Positions 36,205 to 45,463 of a stretch of 50,054 nucleotides of DNA are shown piece after piece (position 1 is the stretch's first letter; the number at the start of each line of letters is the position of its first letter). A program made the position numbers and the translations under genes. The stretch comes from a virus. Its lineage: Duplodnaviria > Caudoviricetes. The notes under the pieces were generated by a model. That model was not told the DNA's origin. It worked only from the letters and a program-made list of their open reading frames with translations, and made no database searches. The stretch spans positions 1-50,054 of IMG/VR virus record IMGVR_UViG_3300020358_000009; one strand, written 5' to 3'.

Positions 36205-36382
36205 TTTGGCTTTCATAATCATACATAAAACCTATAAAAACTATTAGATTCATGCTAATTGATGAACATATCTCAATTACATCATGAAAATCGTGTATTG
36301 ATAAATGAATATGTCCGACCACCCAAAAGGGTATTGCTAGATTTTGGCTTATCCAAATTAATAAAAATTTTATAAATTTCAT
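36197..36382 (-). CDS. small membrane protein
   Basis: Two hydrophobic segments. Confidence 0.65.
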   Translation of the reverse strand: MKFIKFLLIWISQNLAIPFWVVGHIHLSIHDFHDVIEICSSISMNLIVFIGFMYDYESQND

Positions 36383-36831
36383 TTATTAAAAGTTCTAAAG
36401 TTACACAATTGCTTTGGTACATGATATGCTATATCAATTCCATATCTTTTATTTGTATCTACTTGTTTAACAACCTGGTATTGTTTATTAAATATTAAAC
36501 TACTATTGCAAAATAAAAAACTATTTATATCATTTGAAACAAGGAAATACCAAAACATACTTGGTTTACAATATTTTTCTTTTCTACCTAAAAATGATAC
36601 TGTGCTATACGGATAGTCTTTTTCTGAAGTCCAATTTAACTTTGTCCTAACTTCAACTTCTATCCTGTATTCAATATTATTTTTATATGCAACTATATCA
36701 ATGTCGTAATCTTCATCTTTATAAGGCACAGTAAAACCTTTTTTGATTAAAAAATCAGTAACTTTTTTTATTGATATATCGTTATATTCATTATAATCAT
36801 CTTGTCTAAATTTACCAGCTTTTGTTCTCAT
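36379..36831 (-). CDS. PD-(D/E)XK-like nuclease
   Basis: DIDIVAYK...RIEVEVR pattern. Confidence 0.6.
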   Translation of the reverse strand: MRTKAGKFRQDDYNEYNDISIKKVTDFLIKKGFTVPYKDEDYDIDIVAYKNNIEYRIEVEVRTKLNWTSEKDYPYSTVSFLGRKEKYCKPSMFWYFLVSNDINSFLFCNSSLIFNKQYQVVKQVDTNKRYGIDIAYHVPKQLCNFRTFNK

Positions 36832-36846
36832 TAATATTTAATTTTA

Positions 36847-36907
36847 AAGGGGCGCTCTGTGTCGCTCCGCAACGACCAAGTTTAAAGAGCTAGTAGTTAC
36901 ACCCCTT
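36847..36907 (-). ncRNA. GC-rich nested stem-loop, candidate structured RNA/regulatory element
   Basis: AAGGGGT/GCCCCTT, GCTCT/AGAGC and GTCGTT-GCGG-AGCGAC nested pairings in an intergenic gap. Confidence 0.45.
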
Positions 36908-36910
36908 ATA

Positions 36911-38149
36911 TTAGTTTAAAGTCAATAAATCTTTTTTAAAATGATTCAAAGTATAGTTCTTTTTTTTGCTTACTGCCTTATATATTTTACTTTCTATGCC
37001 ACCTTCTGTAAAAACCCAAAACACTTCGTTTTCAAGTCTTTCTTTGGTGGTCATTCTATCTCTAGATTGCCAATAACTAGTAGCACTAAAATCTATGTTG
37101 TAATATACTAAATACTTAGCATTTCGTAAAGATATACCCTCACGACCTGATACAATTTGCAATGCTATAGATTTATCCGTAGAGTTAAACTCTTCAAGAT
37201 CGGTACATATTTGGTTTCCAAATACTTCTTTCAAAGCATTAAGCTCTTCTTTAAACTTATAGAATATTCCTATTTTATTACAACAAAAATTATCGTATAT
37301 GTATTCAGCTTTAAATAAATCTAGCACCATAGATTTGCCACTCTCAAACTTAACAGTACCACTATACATTTGATGTAGCTTTTGCATAAGCTTTACACTT
37401 GTGTCTGCAAGTATAACCTCATCAGAACCCTCAACTACTAAGTCTTTTTTTAATTTAGAACATAGTGAGTGTATTTTATCTGGAGCATCAACAAACAATA
37501 CCTTTTCTTTAATAGAAGATTCAAAACCTGCTTCTTTTTGAGTGTATGAAATCGTATAAGGATTCATGTCATAAATTATAGTTTTTTTGGCATTAGAATA
37601 ATCATTAACCATAAATCCACCAATTCTTTTAGTAGTAACGGTTACGTAATCTCTAGCAAACTTATAAAAGTTAGAGTACTTATTAAATGGATTATTTGGA
37701 ATGGCATATACTTGATGATACATTTGACTATAAGATTCAGGTGTTGGTGTACCTGAAAGCAATATAACATATGGTTTGTTTCTTCTAATAAGTTCAGATA
37801 CAGCTTTAGCTCTTTTACTTGGCTTTGGAAAAGCCCCCATACCATGTGCTTCATCACAAACTACGGCATCCCAACCCACTTGGTCAATCTTGTGGAGTGA
37901 TTCGTAGTTTATAACCTGCAGTTCATAGCCAGGCTCAAGTATATTGTAGTCTGACTCTATTGAGCTTATCGCTCTCTTCTTCGTGATGAACAATACTCTG
38001 TTCACACTCATCATTTTATTTAAAATTCCTAGAGAGGTAAGTGTCTTTCCTGTTCTTACTTCCATAGATAGATACAGAAATTTTTTAGCTGCTAAAACTT
38101 CTGTTCCTTTATCTATGATGTTTTGCTGGTAGTCTCTAAATTTTATCAT
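36911..38149 (-). CDS. SF2 (SNF2-like) helicase
   Basis: FRDYQ, MEVRTGKT, VVCDEAH, LSGTP, SGREGISL, QSRDR. Confidence 0.9.
   Translation of the reverse strand: MIKFRDYQQNIIDKGTEVLAAKKFLYLSMEVRTGKTLTSLGILNKMMSVNRVLFITKKRAISSIESDYNILEPGYELQVINYESLHKIDQVGWDAVVCDEAHGMGAFPKPSKRAKAVSELIRRNKPYVILLSGTPTPESYSQMYHQVYAIPNNPFNKYSNFYKFARDYVTVTTKRIGGFMVNDYSNAKKTIIYDMNPYTISYTQKEAGFESSIKEKVLFVDAPDKIHSLCSKLKKDLVVEGSDEVILADTSVKLMQKLHQMYSGTVKFESGKSMVLDLFKAEYIYDNFCCNKIGIFYKFKEELNALKEVFGNQICTDLEEFNSTDKSIALQIVSGREGISLRNAKYLVYYNIDFSATSYWQSRDRMTTKERLENEVFWVFTEGGIESKIYKAVSKKKNYTLNHFKKDLLTLN
37999..38012 (-). repeat. GATGAGTGTGAACA repeat, copy 2 (inverted)
   Basis: TGTTCACACTCATC on the + strand, inside the helicase gene. 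Confidence 0.85.
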
Positions 38150-38378
38150 ACTCGTGTCTTATTTCTGTTAATACTTGACATTTCTCATACTCTTCCAATT
38201 CCTCAAAATACATAATCAAATCATCAACAACTTTTGTTGTAATGGGTTTTGTTATGTCATGAATGAAAAAGCTATAATCTGAAAATGAAAGCTCAGAAAA
38301 AGGCACTTTATAGACAACTATGTCGTAGGAATTAAGCATTCCGTAATGTATTTCATCAAACTGATCAAATTCCTCCAT
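38136..38378 (-). CDS. hypothetical protein
   Basis: YFEELEEYEKC motif (UVR-like coil). Confidence 0.7.
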   Translation of the reverse strand: MEEFDQFDEIHYGMLNSYDIVVYKVPFSELSFSDYSFFIHDITKPITTKVVDDLIMYFEELEEYEKCQVLTEIRHEYDKI

Positions 38379-38646
38379 ATGTTTGTCTTAAATAAAGATA
38401 TACTTTAGGTAGGTTTTTTGCTGCTTTTTTTTGTGATTTATACTCAACAGAACCTAATGTTTCTTTACTATATAAAGTTAACCCTTTTTCTTTACAATAC
38501 TTGGAAGGCTTACCTTCTGTAGATATGCCTCCCTTTCTAATTGCAATCTTACATGTACCTGTATTATTTAGTGGTTGTATGTAAACTTGAAAATCATTAT
38601 CTATACACCATTTAAGGTTTTCGTTAAAACTCCAATTGTCCTTCAT
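38365..38646 (-). CDS. hypothetical protein
   Basis: ORF overlapping both neighbours. Confidence 0.65.
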   Translation of the reverse strand: MKDNWSFNENLKWCIDNDFQVYIQPLNNTGTCKIAIRKGGISTEGKPSKYCKEKGLTLYSKETLGSVEYKSQKKAAKNLPKVYLYLRQTYGGI

Positions 38647-41050
38647 TCTTTTTGTTGTTTGTTTTATCTGTTAAAAATATAATCCAACGTCCGTTCAAGT
38701 CTCTACCTTCATCAGGTATTATGTCAGTTTTAAATATTGCAAATGATTTTAACCATCTATAAAACTCTGTTCTAGATATGGTTCGTTTAGCTTTAGGCGC
38801 AAAGTCTGGATTGTCTTGAATGAAATCCATATACAAATCATTCTTGTATATTTTTTCATCGAATCTAATTAATTCGTTCTTGTATTCATTATCAAATAAT
38901 CCACACCATTCAACAAACTCATGAGAAGTATCTGCCCCTAAGTTTCTTACTGTTTGATTTTTGAAGTTACCTTTGATTAGCCCCTTGGTTAAATAGAACA
39001 TAACATTCTCAATCATATAGTTGTCAAATGAACACCATTCATCTTCATCCCATTCAGTAAATAATAGTCTACCAAACTCAACCAATGGTGTAAAGTCTTT
39101 AGTATAGAACTGAGCAAATTCAAGTTCCCATTTTCTCCTGGCGAATGAATTACCTCTACCTTTAATAGCATAGTTGGTTGTAATAGCAACTTTAGGTGAC
39201 TTACTAAAAGGAATTTTGATAGCATCCTTGTTTTTCTTTTCCAATGTAAGACCCTCAGTTACTACACTAAACAATCTTTCAAAGTCAAAATACTTTTTTA
39301 CATCGTCAAAGCATAGTATCTGAGTGTCAGCGCTTACCAATTGATATGCAAAACTTTTCTCAAAGTTGAAAGACTTTCCATCAATAGTTACAAGCTTTTT
39401 CATTTGAGATAGAGCATTCATAAACAAACCCTTACCTGTTCCTCCTTCAGGATTTTCAGATATTATTTCATCGTTCAGTATAATTGCAGGACAATACGAT
39501 AAGTTCTTATATGCGTGTAACATATACCCTATAGTACTTCTCATTGATAATATTGTCTGCTTATCTCCACCAGATATGTTATTAATAAATGTTTTGTAAT
39601 CACAATTAAAAGAATCACACATGTCAAAGTCACGATCAATGACTTGGTCTTTCCAAACATAGCCTCCAAGATCTAAATAATCTATTGTTATTTTTTTAGT
39701 CTTAGTTACTTTAACTGCACAATTTCTGTAATAGAGATAAGCTGTGTCTTTATCATCCTCAATAAAGTATACATCAACTGTACCTAGTAAAGACAAAAAC
39801 TCTTCCCTGAAGAATCTAGTCTTATCTGCAAAGTAATTGTATACAGACATATCATCAAGGTCTTCCAAATATCCAAGTACAAAATCCTTAATTTCTTCTT
39901 CGTTAGTATGGTCTATAAGATTGTTTGTAACCCTTACAAAAATAAAGTTCTTACTTCCTTCTGGACTGTACTTATAAAAACCATTATCTTCTAAGAATTG
40001 TCTAAACAGATAGTGTATAATAGTTATAACCCCTTTGTCATTCTTGTTCCAAAAACGCTTCTCGCTTTCATCCTCTTCAATGGATGTAATAACAGAGTCA
40101 ATTACAGCGTCTTCAATTTGGGATTCAGATAATTGAAGACGGATTTCTTTTTTTGACACTCCACGTTTGAGCTTCATCCTTACTTGATTAACCCTATCTT
40201 CATCCTCGTAATACTTTGAGCCAAAGTTTTGTGTCTGTGAATAAGCTGAATTAATAGTCGATTTAATTTCATTCATTGTGAAATCACTACTTTCAAATTG
40301 ACTCATAATGTATTCTGATAAAGACCTGCTTACTCCATAGTCATTAAAAGCAGCTGCTAGTATGTAAATGTTATTGTTTCTTTCTCCATCTATTATACCA
40401 AATTTCTTAGTCCACCATTTCATAAGAATATCAACTATCTTATTTTCATCGGTGACTGGTATTGTAGGTCTTGATGAATACTTATCTACAACCCTGTACT
40501 CTTGCTCTTCTATCTTATCCCATAAATTAGAGTTTAGATTTATGTATATTAGTGGGTCATAAGATTCGTAACATACCCTAGATACATTCTTACTTGTCTT
40601 ATCAAAGTAATCTGAATTATAATATCTCTCTAAGGATATAAAGTAGTTCTTATGATTGTTTGGCTCTTTAGGTATCTTAACTAAAGCTTTTAATCCATTA
40701 CCACTTGGTGATATGAATACTGAATACACATACCGATCTTTTGATAGTCGTTCTTTTTCAGACATCATATCTTTCTTTGTCTTATATCCATCAAAGTCAA
40801 GACATATAAATCCACTATGCTGAGTTATACTATCATCGTTTCTCTTGTTGAACATTCCTGAAAAACATATTGCAGGAAGACTTTTCTTAAGCTCTTGCCT
40901 TACTTCTTTGTTTTTTTCAGAACGTATTTGTTTTATTAAGTCTTTAGAAGTTCCCTCTTTTATCCTAACTAGTATAGATTCTATGTCCCTAAAGAAAGGA
41001 GTAGAGGTGTCTTTTATGTTTCTAAATATAGTAACTTGATTTTGTTCCAT
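38624..41050 (-). CDS. primase-helicase (BT4734/VirE-N domain + PriCT + P-loop)
   Basis: LPAICFSG.F..R...HSG.ICLDFD, FISPSGNGLK, DG.RNN, PEGGTGKG, FDDV. Confidence 0.88.
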   Translation of the reverse strand: MEQNQVTIFRNIKDTSTPFFRDIESILVRIKEGTSKDLIKQIRSEKNKEVRQELKKSLPAICFSGMFNKRNDDSITQHSGFICLDFDGYKTKKDMMSEKERLSKDRYVYSVFISPSGNGLKALVKIPKEPNNHKNYFISLERYYNSDYFDKTSKNVSRVCYESYDPLIYINLNSNLWDKIEEQEYRVVDKYSSRPTIPVTDENKIVDILMKWWTKKFGIIDGERNNNIYILAAAFNDYGVSRSLSEYIMSQFESSDFTMNEIKSTINSAYSQTQNFGSKYYEDEDRVNQVRMKLKRGVSKKEIRLQLSESQIEDAVIDSVITSIEEDESEKRFWNKNDKGVITIIHYLFRQFLEDNGFYKYSPEGSKNFIFVRVTNNLIDHTNEEEIKDFVLGYLEDLDDMSVYNYFADKTRFFREEFLSLLGTVDVYFIEDDKDTAYLYYRNCAVKVTKTKKITIDYLDLGGYVWKDQVIDRDFDMCDSFNCDYKTFINNISGGDKQTILSMRSTIGYMLHAYKNLSYCPAIILNDEIISENPEGGTGKGLFMNALSQMKKLVTIDGKSFNFEKSFAYQLVSADTQILCFDDVKKYFDFERLFSVVTEGLTLEKKNKDAIKIPFSKSPKVAITTNYAIKGRGNSFARRKWELEFAQFYTKDFTPLVEFGRLLFTEWDEDEWCSFDNYMIENVMFYLTKGLIKGNFKNQTVRNLGADTSHEFVEWCGLFDNEYKNELIRFDEKIYKNDLYMDFIQDNPDFAPKAKRTISRTEFYRWLKSFAIFKTDIIPDEGRDLNGRWIIFLTDKTNNKKNEGQLEF

Positions 41051-41153
41051 GTCGATTTTGTTTTACTATATACTGTTTTATATTATTATATTAAATTTAT
41101 TTTTGATTTGCCATATCTAAGGAAAATAATTGACATTTTCGTCATGACTAATA

Positions 41154-41180
41154 GAAAAGAAAAGGGGTTATTAAACCCCT
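41154..41180 (-). terminator. intrinsic terminator after ssb
   Basis: Minus strand AGGGGTT-TAAT-AACCCCT followed by TTTCTTTT. Confidence 0.7.
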
Positions 41181-41202
41181 AATCTTCTATTAACCTGGTT
41201 AT

Positions 41203-41478
41203 TTAGAATGGTAAATCCGTCTCTTGAACAGGTGCTTGGTTGGGAGCTGTGTCCACGCCATTAGTCTGTTTTTTAGGGACAAACGTATCAAGTTCAATGT
41301 ATGGTTTACCTCCCTTGCTGTTCAGCACATTGAGGTTTACCCATCCATTTTTTTGATTGTTATTTAAAAACGCAACGGCTTCTTCAACTTTAACGCTGAT
41401 GTTACCTATTACGAACTCTGGTGCGTTCTCTCTTCTTTTGAAAAGAAATCCGTCTGCAAATACTTTGTCTTGTGACAT
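41203..41478 (-). CDS. putative single-stranded DNA-binding protein
   Basis: Small beta-rich protein ending DLPF, downstream of the recombination genes. Confidence 0.65.
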   Translation of the reverse strand: MSQDKVFADGFLFKRRENAPEFVIGNISVKVEEAVAFLNNNQKNGWVNLNVLNSKGGKPYIELDTFVPKKQTNGVDTAPNQAPVQETDLPF

Positions 41479-41492
41479 ATTTATAGTATTAA

Positions 41493-41548
41493 TGTTGAGC
41501 GCTGAGTTGGAGCAGCGCATCTGACTCCATAATGATGAGTGTGAACAA
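41493..41548 (-). ncRNA. structured 5' leader of the ssb-like gene (three-way junction)
   Basis: TGTT/AACA, ACTC/GAGT and GCGCTG/CAGCGC stems; contains repeat copy 3. Confidence 0.45.
41534..41547 (+). repeat. GATGAGTGTGAACA repeat, copy 3
   Basis: Exact 14-mer, intergenic. Confidence 0.85.
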
Positions 41549-41549
41549 T

Positions 41550-42287
41550 TTAAAATTCTTCACGCTCTATGTATTGTGTAATGTCTTCTCCTGAGTCTTC
41601 AGCGAAGAACGTCTTATATATTTCTATGGCCTTCAAAACTTTCTCTCTACCTCTCAGTATAGTATCAGGAGATGGCTTGGCTATCTTAAGTTTCAATGTA
41701 GTTTTATCTATAATGTAAAACTCTACAGGTTTACCAAACAGCTGCTCATATAAATATGCTTGGCTGTCGTAATTGTAGTCGTTAGCACTCCACTTAAATT
41801 TATCTGAATTTCCTGAAGTTTTGATGTCAATTACTTTGGTGTCGGTAATTATATCTGCCTTACCTTTCCACTCTATCCCAAAGATAGTAGCTACGGCAGG
41901 CTGCTCATATTGATTACCCTCTGCGTATATGTCTGTATACATTTCAAAGTTAGACTTCATAGCATCAACCCATGTATTAATCTTTTCTACTTCTTTTGTA
42001 AGCAGTACATCGTATGGATCAAGACTGTTCTCCTTGATATATTCTTTAAAACCTTTAGTGGCTCTACTAGACACATCCATTGTGTTGTATGTATCTATCT
42101 TCTCTGGCTCTAACATAGCCGTATGAAAATAGCCACCCTCAAGTAAGGGTAGGCTTTTTTCTTTGTGTCTGAATTTTCTAGGGTTTTTAAGTAAGCTATA
42201 AATATCTGAATTAGATAGGTATTGCTGGCCAAATTTACCATAGTAATTACTATCGTCTTTGAGTTGTTCTATAATGTTATTTTGCAT
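41550..42287 (-). CDS. RecE/exonuclease VIII-like PD-(D/E)XK nuclease (DUF3799-like)
   Basis: LSNSDI, G..FH...LEP, KGKAD, IDIKTS, Y.YDSQA..Y. Confidence 0.85.
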   Translation of the reverse strand: MQNNIIEQLKDDSNYYGKFGQQYLSNSDIYSLLKNPRKFRHKEKSLPLLEGGYFHTAMLEPEKIDTYNTMDVSSRATKGFKEYIKENSLDPYDVLLTKEVEKINTWVDAMKSNFEMYTDIYAEGNQYEQPAVATIFGIEWKGKADIITDTKVIDIKTSGNSDKFKWSANDYNYDSQAYLYEQLFGKPVEFYIIDKTTLKLKIAKPSPDTILRGREKVLKAIEIYKTFFAEDSGEDITQYIEREEF

Positions 42288-42873
42288 AGTTCGAAAGGTC
42301 TTTTTTGATTGCTACGGATAACGTAAACTTCTGCTCTACCTTAGATATTGTAGAAGCAAATGGTTCGTTCTTATTGGATTTTACAAAGTTCACTACATCA
42401 TTCCACTTAGCGTGTGTCTTTTTTAATGTAGGTTTCTTTGCTGAGGTTGTTACTTTCTTTGGTGCAGTCTCACTAATATCAGCTAAGTCTTCACCTGCCC
42501 ATAATGACAACCCTAATCCATGCATAGCAATAGCCTTTACAGTACTACGTTGTATGGTTTTGTTAACTGCAAACGATGTAATCTTGTCTACACTTAACGA
42601 TTGATTGTTATGTCCCATAATAGGTAAGTAGTCAATGTGTTCAATGTCATTGATTGTTATACCTACTTTTACATAACCTGTATTGCCATCTGTAAAGTAA
42701 TTAAGACCAGTGTGGTCTGACTCATATACTTTTCTGTTGGCGTTAGGATATTTATCCTTAACTATTGCCCAGGCGTAAGCCCAAGACAAATAGTCAAATC
42801 TTCCCTTCTTTTCTACTTTGTCTTTTACATTGATTGATGTAAGCTCTTTGAATGTTGATTGTGTGTTTCCCAT
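42277..42873 (-). CDS. Sak-like single-strand annealing protein (DUF1071, Rad52-like)
   Basis: YLSWAYAW, LPIM...N, NKTIQR..VKAIAMHGLGL.LWAGED. Confidence 0.88.
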   Translation of the reverse strand: MGNTQSTFKELTSINVKDKVEKKGRFDYLSWAYAWAIVKDKYPNANRKVYESDHTGLNYFTDGNTGYVKVGITINDIEHIDYLPIMGHNNQSLSVDKITSFAVNKTIQRSTVKAIAMHGLGLSLWAGEDLADISETAPKKVTTSAKKPTLKKTHAKWNDVVNFVKSNKNEPFASTISKVEQKFTLSVAIKKDLSNYAK

Positions 42874-42880
42874 TGTTTAC

Positions 42881-43258
42881 TTATTTTAAATTACTATATT
42901 TATTAATTAATGTTTCTCTTTTTAATTTTAAGGAATCATAATGTTTCTTATTATTCCTAGTGTTAATCTCTGTCTTTATCTTTTTATTAATCATATCAAT
43001 CTTACCTTCATACTGTTTTTTTACTACAGCGTGAACGCCTTCTTTGTATCCAAGTTGATGGAACAAAAGGTATTGAATGTCGTTCATTTCGTGATAAGCA
43101 TACCTAGCATTTGATGTGGTATATATTTTAATATCATTCTCAATTTTGACAATCTTAATTCCTCTGTACATATAAGCTTCCTGATTCTGGTAACTCATAT
43201 TACAAGCTTTGTGTAACTTAGTTGCTTGTTCCCATACTTCTTGAATACTATAACTCAT
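42881..43258 (-). CDS. hypothetical protein
   Basis: ORF within the operon. Confidence 0.7.
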   Translation of the reverse strand: MSYSIQEVWEQATKLHKACNMSYQNQEAYMYRGIKIVKIENDIKIYTTSNARYAYHEMNDIQYLLFHQLGYKEGVHAVVKKQYEGKIDMINKKIKTEINTRNNKKHYDSLKLKRETLINKYSNLK

Positions 43259-43560
43259 ACTGCGCTATGATGGTATTTTTGAATAGTACTAGATATAAAA
43301 TCCTGAACATCAGGATCGGCTTCGTTATCTATTTTAGAAATGCCGTATTCAATTGTCTGTCTTGATGTTGTGTACCCTCTCTCTGACATAAGGTCTGAAA
43401 TCTGAAGTATATTCATAGGCCTTTGATAGCACATTGAATATAATATAAATCTTGCAGAAGATACCTTACTTGCCTTGCTTTTTTTGAACAGTTCTTTTTC
43501 AGATATACCCACCTCTTTACATAAGAGCTTTACGTATTTATTAAATATTCCTCTTTTCAT
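43255..43560 (-). CDS. second DnaA domain IV-like HTH protein
   Basis: ELFKKSK...SSARFILYSMC...I...M...SRQTIEYGI; start MKRGIFNK preferred. Confidence 0.6.
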   Translation of the reverse strand: MKRGIFNKYVKLLCKEVGISEKELFKKSKASKVSSARFILYSMCYQRPMNILQISDLMSERGYTTSRQTIEYGISKIDNEADPDVQDFISSTIQKYHHSAV

Positions 43561-43789
43561 TTTTAGATTTTGATAAATTAAACTTAGTTTCTTTGGATTT
43601 TGATAAATTAAATCCACTCTCTTTAACACCCCCAAATATCTCCCCCCACGCTGTAAATATCTCATTCAATACTAAGCGCTGTTGGTTGTGATGATACTCA
43701 GCTGCCTGGTATTCATCATCAATAAATGATGCTAATGTTTCTGATTTGTGTTCACGTTCTCTGTTGAACATTTCTTTTGATTTTCCCAT
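43541..43789 (-). CDS. hypothetical protein with duplicated FNLSKSK
   Basis: MGKSKEMF start in a good context. Confidence 0.65.
   Translation of the reverse strand: MGKSKEMFNREREHKSETLASFIDDEYQAAEYHHNQQRLVLNEIFTAWGEIFGGVKESGFNLSKSKETKFNLSKSKNEKRNI
43566..43612. repeat. two 17-bp direct repeats GATTTTGATAAATTAAA, 30-bp period
   Basis: Copies at 43566-43582 and 43596-43612. Confidence 0.85.
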
Positions 43790-43815
43790 ATATATATTAA
43801 ATTAAATTGTGTTTG

Positions 43816-43846
43816 TAAAAATAATAATAATTTGTTTATTATGCAA
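43816..43846 (-). promoter_or_regulatory. putative Bacteroidota-type promoter (TTG...TATTTTTA)
   Basis: Minus strand TTGCATAATAAACAAATTATTATTATTTTTAC in the intergenic gap. Confidence 0.45.
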
Positions 43847-43858
43847 CTTTTTTTTGCT

Positions 43859-44464
43859 TTAATGAAAAACTAATCCTACTTTATTAGTATTATTAAACCA
43901 CTTGGTTGCGTAAAGGTCTGTGTCTGAGGCGTCTATATAACCTGCCTCGTGTAAATTATCTTTAGTGTCAAAGATCTGTGTGTGTCTGTCAACTGACTTG
44001 TCTATCAAGTGTTTCTGCTTGCCTGAGTCACTAAATATTATGTCATAATTATTTGGAAGCTCAGCCTTGTGCATCATGTCTACCATATTTGTGTAGCTAT
44101 AAAACCTTACCTCTGGATTAGACTTGGCAATTGTTATCCACTTAGCTAAATAGCTGCGTGAATAGTAGTCACCACTATCGTGTACCCTGACATAATCAGG
44201 ACGCTTCTTTTTTATCTCTGAATTCATTGCATCAATAAACTCTAGCGTCTTACTAAGTTGGTATCTCTTTTCAAATGCAGGCTGCACATTACTCCATATG
44301 TACGCACCCTTCTTCGCATAACAGAACTTGACACACTCGTCAGCCATAGGGCAGGTAAGCTTGCCGCTTGCTGATTTGTATGCAGGTATTCCAAAATTAA
44401 AAACCCTCAAATTGAGGGCTTTACTTGTCTTCTTTAACTTACTGTTTTGTGTTAATAAATTCAT
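43859..44464 (-). CDS. GP88-family protein (radical-SAM-like Cys cluster)
   Basis: NSKLKK, TCPMADECVKFCYA, RVHDSGDYYS, FYSYT. Confidence 0.8.
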   Translation of the reverse strand: MNLLTQNSKLKKTSKALNLRVFNFGIPAYKSASGKLTCPMADECVKFCYAKKGAYIWSNVQPAFEKRYQLSKTLEFIDAMNSEIKKKRPDYVRVHDSGDYYSRSYLAKWITIAKSNPEVRFYSYTNMVDMMHKAELPNNYDIIFSDSGKQKHLIDKSVDRHTQIFDTKDNLHEAGYIDASDTDLYATKWFNNTNKVGLVFH

Positions 44465-45462
44465 ATCTCTAGGTTTTTTAATATATGTTCGATTACTTTA
44501 ATTGTCCACCCATTACCCAACATCTTGTATCGTTGTGCGTTTGACACGCCCTCTGTATAATTGTCAGGTACAGTTTGAAGTCTTTCACATTCTATAGGCG
44601 TGAGCTTTCTCCAATTGTATTTCTCATTGATGATACCTTGATTGGGTGATATGGTAGTTAGGCAATGGGCTTTCTCTGTCAATGCCCTACCTCTTCTAGT
44701 TGTGCTAGTAGGGTAAGACAAATCTAAACCTTCTCCAACACCTACGGCAGCATAGCCTTTCTTTGTTGCTTCAGGGAAGCATACCTTGTCACCTATCCTA
44801 ATCATAGTACGTTGGCTTCTCTCTATGCTGTTCCACCATACAGCACCATCGTATCGTGCTGTAAGACAATACGCCTTACCTTTGTTGGTTACCATTCTCT
44901 CATCAACAATAGAACCCTTAAGCTCTCCTTCTGTTTGAATAATATCTTTAAGGATTATGTGTTGATTGATTGGGCCAAACAGGTAAGGTATATTAGTCCA
45001 ATAGTATCTCTTCCTGGTTTGTGCAGACACAAGTGCTGAGTCTATGTATATAGCTTCAACACCTAACACATCTGATATAGTATCTCTGTGTTCCTTTGTC
45101 ATCTTTACATTCTCTAATAGGAAATACTTTGGTTTGAGTTCCTTGACCAACCTGACAAACTCAAAGAACAACTTGCTCCTAGGGTCATCAAAGTTGAGGT
45201 TCTTACCTGCTTTACTAAATCCTTGACATGGGCTACCACCCATGATAAGATCTATCTTTGTATTGAATCCATCAGCACCAAAGTGTTTGGATTCTACCTG
45301 AGTAACGTCCCCAACATGAATCATGTCAGGGAAGTTTTTCTTTGCTATTTGTATAGCATACTTGTCAATCTCTGATGCATAGTAGTTGTCTACTTTTACA
45401 CCAAGATTCTTGAGGGCTAATTGTCCACAGGACATGCCATCGAATAATGATAGTACATTCAT
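44461..45462 (-). CDS. DNA (cytosine-5)-methyltransferase
   Basis: VLSLFDG, GGSPCQGFS, LLENV, R.RYYWTN, TPIECERLQT, LGNGW. Confidence 0.93.
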   Translation of the reverse strand: MNVLSLFDGMSCGQLALKNLGVKVDNYYASEIDKYAIQIAKKNFPDMIHVGDVTQVESKHFGADGFNTKIDLIMGGSPCQGFSKAGKNLNFDDPRSKLFFEFVRLVKELKPKYFLLENVKMTKEHRDTISDVLGVEAIYIDSALVSAQTRKRYYWTNIPYLFGPINQHIILKDIIQTEGELKGSIVDERMVTNKGKAYCLTARYDGAVWWNSIERSQRTMIRIGDKVCFPEATKKGYAAVGVGEGLDLSYPTSTTRRGRALTEKAHCLTTISPNQGIINEKYNWRKLTPIECERLQTVPDNYTEGVSNAQRYKMLGNGWTIKVIEHILKNLEI

Positions 45463-45463
45463 A

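Noticed and set aside
36847-36907. Assignment as a twister or hammerhead ribozyme, or a tRNA
   Set aside because: Catalytic core consensus and cloverleaf/T-loop not convincingly present; kept only as an unassigned structure
41522-41549. Xer dif-like site (CATAA-TGATGA-GTGTGAACAAT)
   Set aside because: The putative XerD arm deviates strongly from TTATGTTAAAT, and the other repeat copies lack the left arm
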